From: an uncultured Gammaproteobacteria bacterium
Lineage (GTDB): Bacteria > Patescibacteriota > Patescibacteriia > Magasanikbacterales > GWA2-37-8
DNA: 64,000 nt
Assembly: GCA_964641245.1 (NCBI GenBank)
Contig: CAZXML010000001.1
Coordinates: 127,959-191,958, forward strand
Direction of reading: 5' to 3'
In this document: positions 58,348 through 64,000 of the stretch, one piece after another
How positions within the stretch are numbered: the stretch's first letter is position 1
Layout of the letters: the number at the start of each line of letters is the position of its first letter
Notes under the pieces: model-generated
What the model was told of the DNA's origin: nothing
Database searches by the model: none
What the model saw: the letters and a program-made list of their open reading frames with translations, nothing else
Made by a program: the position numbers and the translations under genes

Positions 58348-58572
58348 ATGTGGCACAAAAGGGGATCTGCCTTAGAGAAGCGAATCAAGGCGCTAATGCC
58401 AAAAAAGGGATCATTCGCGTACGTTCTACTCAAAATCGGACAGGCTGCGGGCGTCCTCGTTCTTATCAAGATCGATGAGATTTGGTGTAATGTCATTCCG
58501 CCAGATCGCCGCCCAAACGAATCGGATAATCAAAACCAAGGAAGGAGGGTAAAATGTCAAAAAAGCCTTTGA
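58348..58572 (+). CDS. small hypothetical protein
   Basis: Perfect SD (AAGGAGGT) 5 nt before the ATG; 74 aa. Confidence 0.55.
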   Translation: MWHKRGSALEKRIKALMPKKGSFAYVLLKIGQAAGVLVLIKIDEIWCNVIPPDRRPNESDNQNQGRRVKCQKSL

Positions 58573-58898
58573 CTCAAATCTTGCCCCCGCCTTCAATCTG
58601 TGTTGAATGCCGCGGGCGATTGCCTTTTGCGTACTACATTTGCAAAAGCTGCGGGAAAGCGCTCTGCGCCAAGTGCCGAGAAATCCATGTAAAAAATAAA
58701 CACGGCACGCAATACCCAACTTTAACCGCAATGGGCTGTATCATATGCGGAGGACCGCTGGATGGGGGGACTTGTTCATACCAATCCCCTCCCTGCATGG
58801 CTCCGCTATGTCAGAACTGGGAGTGTCGTGAAAAGCACGAAGATAGACACTACGGTTCGCGAAGTGATGAAGAAAAAAATAAAAATCCGTCAAAATGA
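58554..58898 (+). CDS. Cys/His-rich zinc-finger protein (two B-box-like modules)
   Basis: AGGAGG SD; CxxC...CxxC...CxxC...H...H and CxxC...C...C...C...C...H...H. Confidence 0.7.
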   Translation: MSKKPLTQILPPPSICVECRGRLPFAYYICKSCGKALCAKCREIHVKNKHGTQYPTLTAMGCIICGGPLDGGTCSYQSPPCMAPLCQNWECREKHEDRHYGSRSDEEKNKNPSK

Positions 58899-58906
58899 CT
58901 TCGTCC

Positions 58907-58943
58907 GGGGACATCTAAAAAAACATAGCTCTGTCCCCTTTTT
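58907..58943 (+). terminator. intrinsic terminator
   Basis: GGGGACA...TGTCCCC followed by TTTTT. Confidence 0.65.
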
Positions 58944-60072
58944 ATTTTGCTAAAAACTGTTTTATCTTCTCCGCATTTCGCAGCTGTCCGCAAGCGGCGG
59001 CGATGTCTTGGCCTTGAGAGTAGCGGATGGTAGAAACAAAACCGGCTTTCATTAATTCCTCGTGCCAGTGTTTAATTACGGTTTTGTCCGAACCAATAAA
59101 ACCCGGAGAAAATTCCGGTGTAGAAATACTGTTATAAGGAATCAAATTTATTTTAATTTTTCCTAATTTTCCTGCCAGCGTCATCAGCGCTTTTAAATCT
59201 TTGGGACCGTCGTTTACTCCGCCTAACATAATATATTCCAAACCGATAAAATGAGAACGGCTTGGGTGCATTTGGTGATATTTTTTTGCCCAGCCCACTA
59301 AATAATCCAAAAATCCGGGTTGGTGTGAAGGCATGATAGCGGAGCGGGTTTGTTCTATAGCGCTGTGCAAAGACAGGGCAAAGCGTACAGGCGGAAAATC
59401 TTTGTCTTCCACCAACCTGTCCATGGCCGTGGGAATTCCGCAGGTGGACATGGTAATTTTACTCGGCCCGATGTTTGTATATTTTAAAATAATATTTAAA
59501 GCGGTTTTGCAATTTTCATAGTTCAGCAATGGTTCTCCCTGGCCCATCACCACCATATTATCTATTTCCCCGCCATTTTGTTCCGCTAATGTCTTCTGTG
59601 CCGACTTTCCAGCGGGAAAGTCGAGCATCCTCGATTCCACGGTGAGGCGGAATCGGGACCAAAAACGATACTGGTCCACAATTTCTTCAGCGGTTAAATT
59701 TCTGGAAAATCCGGCTTTACCGGTGGCGCAAAAAGAACATTTCATGCCACAGCCAACTTGAGATGAAATACAAATTGTGTAACGGTCCGGTCCCCCATCG
59801 GTTTTGAGTGACTTTCGACCCATTAAAACCGCCTCAATAAGTTGGCCGTCTTCCAATTTTAATAAAGCCTTTTGAGTGTCATCGGTTTTACTTTTGTGGA
59901 GAACGTGTAATTTTACCGACAGCCAAGGCTTGTCTTTTAACTTCTCCCGTAAATTTGCCGGCAAGGTTGTAATATCAGCGTAGCTATTTAACTTTGCGTC
60001 AAACCAGGCCCGGAACACTTGGTCCTGCCTGAATTTCTTTTCGGTTGCTAAAATTTGGAATAAATCTATCAT
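58942..60072 (-). CDS. rlmN: radical SAM rRNA/tRNA m2A methyltransferase RlmN
   Basis: CISSQVGCGMKCSFCATG, MGQGEP, SLH, NLIPYN, DIAAACGQL. Confidence 0.93.
   Translation of the reverse strand: MIDLFQILATEKKFRQDQVFRAWFDAKLNSYADITTLPANLREKLKDKPWLSVKLHVLHKSKTDDTQKALLKLEDGQLIEAVLMGRKSLKTDGGPDRYTICISSQVGCGMKCSFCATGKAGFSRNLTAEEIVDQYRFWSRFRLTVESRMLDFPAGKSAQKTLAEQNGGEIDNMVVMGQGEPLLNYENCKTALNIILKYTNIGPSKITMSTCGIPTAMDRLVEDKDFPPVRFALSLHSAIEQTRSAIMPSHQPGFLDYLVGWAKKYHQMHPSRSHFIGLEYIMLGGVNDGPKDLKALMTLAGKLGKIKINLIPYNSISTPEFSPGFIGSDKTVIKHWHEELMKAGFVSTIRYSQGQDIAAACGQLRNAEKIKQFLAK
59602..59657. repeat. double-hairpin element in frame in rlmN
   Basis: CGACTTTCC-AGCG-GGAAAGTCG and CGATTCC...GGAATCG. Confidence 0.7.
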
Positions 60073-62285
60073 TTTATCGCATTCAAAATCTTTTCTTTAA
60101 TATCGTTTGGAGTCATTTTGGCGACCTCATAAACCTCGGCTACATTGCCGGATTTTAAATAGTGAGTTATGCCGATGGATTTTTTGGCGTAATTTGGTTG
60201 GAGCATGAACGGATACAGAAACCCGGGCCAGCCGTTGTGGAGGGTGATGACAAGCGGGCGTTCTTCATCCGGCAGAATTAATTGGGCGCTGGCGGGATTG
60301 GAGTGACGGAGTTCTTCAAATAGTTCCGGGGAGGTGACGGAAATGATTTTTATATCAAAACCTTTGGCTTCAAGTTCGGGTATAATTTCTAGGGTGTTTA
60401 ATAGGACTTGCATGCCGCAGATGGCGAGGACGAGCTTCCGACCGTCGGCCAACCCACCCCTACCCCGCCCAAGCGGGGAATTCGAAAATTGTTTGTAGAC
60501 GTAGGCGCCGTTGGTGGCTGAAATCGCCGGTGGGACAATAGCGCGGTTGATTACGGGTTGTTCCGGTCTGTAGACGGACAGAACGATTGGTTCGCCGCGT
60601 TCCAGCGCGTAAAATAACATTTCTATAGTTTCGTTAGCATCGGTAGGTTTGTAAACTTTTATGCCGGGCAAGGCGTTGTAAAGAGACATCCAATACATTC
60701 CCTGATGTGTTGGGCCGTCCTCGCCAGTTTCCGGGCCATCATGCGCGGCTAAGGCAATAAAAAATCCTTTGGTTTCCGGGTTGAGCTGATTGCCGATAAC
60801 AGCCAGGCGAATAGCGTTGGCCATCATATTTGTAAAGACGGCAAAAGTGCCAAAAACAGAAACGGGTTTGTATCCGCCGGGTAAAATATCTTGAGTTAAG
60901 CCGGCGCCCATCATGGCCATATTTTGTTCGGCAATTCCATAACGAATACCGCGCCCTAACGGATTTTTCCGGCTGATGAGACCATAAACTTCTTCGGCGG
61001 TATTTGTGAAAACAGATTTTGATAAATCCCCCGCTCCGGCGTAAAAAAATGCGGTTTGTTTCATGTACCAGGCCATCCACGCTTGCGCGGCTGTGCGGGT
61101 AGAAACTTTTTTTCCTTCGGCAAAAACCAGTTCGGGCGGTAAAACTTTTGGACGTTTTATGGCCAGTGGGTTAACCATCGGCCGGCCATTTAGCGTCTTC
61201 ACCATTTGTTTTACCAATTCCGATTCATGCGGAATTTTTTTAGCTCCAACTTCTAATCTTTCTAAAATATATTTTTCATCATCAGTTGTAATTTCTTTTA
61301 AGACGGTTTGAATATCAGCCATTACTTCCCCCGCTTTTCCAGGAATATCAAATCCCAGTTTTTTCATTATAGACACATACTCGTCATGTTTTACGGGCGA
61401 GCCGTGCGATGCGGCGGTGTTTTCTTTGGAGCCATAGCCTTTTCCTTTTAAGGTATGGCAAATAATTACCGTTGGCGAGCCGTTGGCAAAACCCTGCGCG
61501 GCCAAACGATAAGCGTAAACCATTTCCAAAACATTGTGCCCGTTTGTTTCTATCACATTCCATCCCAGCCCCAGCCAATGATTTATGTACGGCGAAGCCA
61601 CCACTTCCTCAATTTCCGCATCAATGCCAAAATGATTGTAATCCAAACTGACAATCATGTTTTTTAATCCGTTGGTGGCGATAATATTTCGCGCCTCATA
61701 AGTCATCCCTTCTTCGCTTTCCGCGTCGCCCATAAAAACAAAAGTTTTGGTATCCAATCCGCAGGATTGATGAACCATAGCCATTCCACCCGCCGCCGAA
61801 AATCCGTGCCCGGACGGCCCGGTAGTAAAATCGGAATAAGGATATTGAGCTTCCGCGTGACCCTGCGGGCCATCGGCGTGTCTAAAGCGTAATAAATCCT
61901 CCGGAAAAACTGCCTTCACCACCGCCCCGGAAAATTGCCTCCCTGCGCGCCGTAACATTTCATAATATAAAGCCTGCCCGCCAAAAAGCAAAGGAGTGCA
62001 ATGACCGGAACTCCAAACCACTCTGTCTCGGCCAGGATTTTTTGGATTCACCGGATCAAAAGCCATTACCCCACCCAAGGTCATTGCTAAAAATTGTTCT
62101 ACTTTTCCACTGCTGCCCGGATGGCCGGATTGTCCGGCTTCTACGGCGGCGAAAATAAGGCCACGGATAACTTTGGCCAGTTTGTCTAATCTTTGTATAT
62201 CAATTCCGTCTATGGCAGATATTTTTTTGTTTTGAATGTTTATGTATTCGGGAGCTAGAGGGTTTGCTTTTAATTTTTTAAACAT
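60069..62285 (-). CDS. tkt: transketolase
   Basis: SGHPG, RDRVVWSSGH, TGPSGHG, MGDAE...N, YGIAEQNM, GEDGPTHQ. Confidence 0.9.
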   Translation of the reverse strand: MFKKLKANPLAPEYINIQNKKISAIDGIDIQRLDKLAKVIRGLIFAAVEAGQSGHPGSSGKVEQFLAMTLGGVMAFDPVNPKNPGRDRVVWSSGHCTPLLFGGQALYYEMLRRAGRQFSGAVVKAVFPEDLLRFRHADGPQGHAEAQYPYSDFTTGPSGHGFSAAGGMAMVHQSCGLDTKTFVFMGDAESEEGMTYEARNIIATNGLKNMIVSLDYNHFGIDAEIEEVVASPYINHWLGLGWNVIETNGHNVLEMVYAYRLAAQGFANGSPTVIICHTLKGKGYGSKENTAASHGSPVKHDEYVSIMKKLGFDIPGKAGEVMADIQTVLKEITTDDEKYILERLEVGAKKIPHESELVKQMVKTLNGRPMVNPLAIKRPKVLPPELVFAEGKKVSTRTAAQAWMAWYMKQTAFFYAGAGDLSKSVFTNTAEEVYGLISRKNPLGRGIRYGIAEQNMAMMGAGLTQDILPGGYKPVSVFGTFAVFTNMMANAIRLAVIGNQLNPETKGFFIALAAHDGPETGEDGPTHQGMYWMSLYNALPGIKVYKPTDANETIEMLFYALERGEPIVLSVYRPEQPVINRAIVPPAISATNGAYVYKQFSNSPLGRGRGGLADGRKLVLAICGMQVLLNTLEIIPELEAKGFDIKIISVTSPELFEELRHSNPASAQLILPDEERPLVITLHNGWPGFLYPFMLQPNYAKKSIGITHYLKSGNVAEVYEVAKMTPNDIKEKILNAIK
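60448..60482. repeat. 35-bp palindromic element in frame in transketolase
   Basis: Identical to 38450-38484; read on the minus strand as NSPLGRGRGGLA. Confidence 0.95.
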
Positions 62286-62359
62286 AACAATTAAAATACT
62301 TAGTCATTCCTGTCTATTGTACCGATTTTAGAGTTTTACCACAAGGCTTTTACACACCG

Positions 62360-62389
62360 TTGACGAAAGCGACTGTTTAGTAGTACTAT
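62360..62389 (+). promoter_or_regulatory. sigma70 promoter of orphan gene 62434
   Basis: TTGACG-18 bp-TACTAT. Confidence 0.55.
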
Positions 62390-62433
62390 TATTTAGCGTT
62401 GTGTGTTGTTCCCAAACACAGAGGAGGATCGTA

Positions 62434-62742
62434 ATGAAAAACATGACGAGAGAGATCGAGCAGGCTGTGCAACTGGCCTTTCGAGGGTCACGTAAGGTTA
62501 GGGTTACCTTTAGGCAAGATGTGCGCGATCATTTCCGGTTGTTGGAGCTGGAGCGTGACGGATTCATTTCGCTGTCATCCTCCGATAGTGAAGCGCTTAG
62601 CACAGGTGATATCTCTGGCGACTGGAATAACAAGCGTAATCGTACCGCTGTGGTTACCCTAACCAAAAAACTGAGAGCGAGTAAGTACTTGTTCGTGATC
62701 GCGATGGAACACGTCCTCGAAAATATCAAGGTGGTTAAGTAG
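62434..62742 (+). CDS. hypothetical orphan protein
   Basis: GAGGAGG SD before ATG 62434, with its own promoter and terminator. Confidence 0.65.
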   Translation: MKNMTREIEQAVQLAFRGSRKVRVTFRQDVRDHFRLLELERDGFISLSSSDSEALSTGDISGDWNNKRNRTAVVTLTKKLRASKYLFVIAMEHVLENIKVVK

Positions 62743-62760
62743 AACGCTCATTAAGCAAAA

Positions 62761-62795
62761 GAGTCCAAGGACATTGTTCTGGGCTCGTTTTTTTT
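62761..62795 (+). terminator. intrinsic terminator
   Basis: GAGTCCAAGGAC-ATT-GTTCTGGGCTC followed by an 8-T tract. Confidence 0.7.
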
Positions 62796-62838
62796 ACTTT
62801 GTCTTTTCCACTGGACTAAAACCTTCAAAAGGTGTTTT

Positions 62839-63054
62839 TTATTTCTCAAAATCGCTCCATTGCAATTTGGCCTGGCGTAAAATAGACTTAAATGTTCCAT
62901 ACTGTATCTCTTTGCCGTGAATTGGAACGATAACCGTCAGCGCGGGATTTCCTTCTTTGTGATACTTTGCATGGGAGCCATTTTGGGAAACAAAAAAGAA
63001 GCCCTTACTTTCAAGGACCTTAAGCACGAGCCGTAATAAATAGGGTTTAGGCAT
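62839..63054 (-). CDS. hicA: HicA-family toxin (mRNA interferase)
   Basis: LESKGF...SQNGSH...VPIH...GTFKSILRQA. Confidence 0.9.
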   Translation of the reverse strand: MPKPYLLRLVLKVLESKGFFFVSQNGSHAKYHKEGNPALTVIVPIHGKEIQYGTFKSILRQAKLQWSDFEK

Positions 63055-63268
63055 GTTGAAGTGTTATAGAAGCAATAAGGGGGTTTTTAATTTGTTCTTT
63101 TTTTGTCGGAAGCGGAGCGTCTTCAAAATATAATTCCAACGCTTCTTGCAACATATTCAAGGCTTCCTTTCTGGTTTTTCCAAAACTAGAAACATCCACA
63201 TCTAAACATTGAGAAACATAATATTTCCCTTCTTTCCACACTACGGATTTTAAGTCTATTTTACGCAT
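63047..63268 (-). CDS. hicB: short HicB-family antitoxin
   Basis: VWKEGKYYVSQC...SSFGKTRKEAL..LQEALELYFE; overlaps hicA. Confidence 0.88.
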   Translation of the reverse strand: MRKIDLKSVVWKEGKYYVSQCLDVDVSSFGKTRKEALNMLQEALELYFEDAPLPTKKEQIKNPLIASITLQHA

Positions 63269-63305
63269 ACATTTTGCAGTTAACTTACAATTTTATTGTA
63301 CTATG

Positions 63306-63767
63306 TTATTTAATTGTTTGCAATATCGCCTGCTCCAACTTCCCCGGCTCATCCGTCCCAACTCTAAATTTTTTACCATCTTTCATTGTAACTTCCACCG
63401 CGTCAAAACCGGAAACATTAAAAAGCCAGGCCGGCGACCAGATTGTCATTCTTATTCCCCAACCGCAATACCACGGATTTTTTACGGCTTTGGCCGAAAC
63501 TATTTCACGTAGCGGCCAGCTTTTTTTGAATATCCCCCAGCCAAACTTTATGCGCAGATATTTTTCATCAACCGATACTGCCAGCGTGGCAAACGACGCA
63601 AGAATAAACAGAATTAATACCATTATGGCAGTAACGGCAAAATTTGTGCCGGAGTCAACCGAAGGCGGCTCGGCTCGGGCCGTAATTTGAGCCCGTGCGA
63701 AGAGCGCCAGCACGGCCAACGTAGCAACTAGCATTATGTATCCGATTTGAGTATGTTTGTATAACAT
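63306..63767 (-). CDS. hypothetical membrane protein (2 TM + PH-like domain)
   Basis: Two TM segments, then GWGIR...VGTDEP; TATAAT 9 nt before the ATG. Confidence 0.75.
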   Translation of the reverse strand: MLYKHTQIGYIMLVATLAVLALFARAQITARAEPPSVDSGTNFAVTAIMVLILFILASFATLAVSVDEKYLRIKFGWGIFKKSWPLREIVSAKAVKNPWYCGWGIRMTIWSPAWLFNVSGFDAVEVTMKDGKKFRVGTDEPGKLEQAILQTIK

Positions 63768-63830
63768 AGTAATTTCATTATACGTAGTTTGCCGTTATAA
63801 AACAAGGCTTTTTACAGTTGTTACGATACA

Positions 63831-63859
63831 TTGACAGAACGCGCGGTTTGTGATATTTT
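63831..63859 (+). promoter_or_regulatory. sigma70 promoter of the ORF at the window end
   Basis: TTGACA-17 bp-TATTTT with a TG extension. Confidence 0.55.
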
Positions 63860-63920
63860 GCTAATTAAGGCGATAGTGTTATCGCGCTATTGGGTGAACC
63901 TTACAACCAAGGAGGACAGA

Positions 63921-64000
63921 ATGAACAAGGTCGTCATCAACGGTGTCACTATTATTGGCGGTAGGAGTATCGTCGTCCGCAATGGACGCATCATGGTGGA
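63921..64000 (+). CDS. hypothetical protein, 5' part only
   Basis: AAGGAGG SD, then MNKVVINGVTIIGGRSIVVRNGRIMV, open to the window end. Confidence 0.6.
   Translation, partial: MNKVVINGVTIIGGRSIVVRNGRIMV

Noticed and set aside
1-64000. tRNA/rRNA genes, TGA recoding (code 25) or selenocysteine
   Set aside because: I saw no cloverleaf, T-loop or rRNA-like tract, and conserved genes such as greA end properly at TGA. A covariance search could still find small RNAs missed by eye.

Overview
The window is an AT-rich, gene-dense chromosomal segment using genetic code 11. It most resembles a Patescibacteria/CPR genome; this is inferred from gene content, core genes that lack Shine-Dalgarno (SD) sites and have almost no leader, and the repeat types. 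The + strand block (1-15473) holds a UvrD-nuclease fusion, a DciA-like gene, mreBCD-mrdA, greA, lysS, serS, alr and an ftsQ-like gene. It ends in a single Xer recombinase whose promoter contains a 28-bp dif-like site, and gene orientation converges just after it, which suggests the replication terminus. The rest contains a fermentative operon (flavin oxidoreductase, ADP-forming acetate-CoA ligase, 2-oxoacid:ferredoxin oxidoreductase), gltX, CIRCE-controlled clpB, a helicase-degenerate priA with def and fmt, a GT-C/GT2/flippase surface-glycosylation locus, a Pif1-like helicase, an Fe-S/tRNA-thiolation cluster, rlmN, tkt and hicBA. The most striking signal is several families of short palindromic and 7-mer repeats. 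They lie between genes and also in frame inside at least 6-8 otherwise intact genes (wecG, O-antigen ligase, tkt, thiI, pif1, rlmN, fmt, gltX). Two are exact copies shared between loci: 35 bp and 40 bp. Also notable are an ~80-bp element sitting exactly 4 nt before two unrelated start codons, and four orphan cassettes with their own sigma70 promoter and strong SD. I saw no rRNA, tRNA, CRISPR array or transposase. All product calls come from motif recognition by eye, with no database search.
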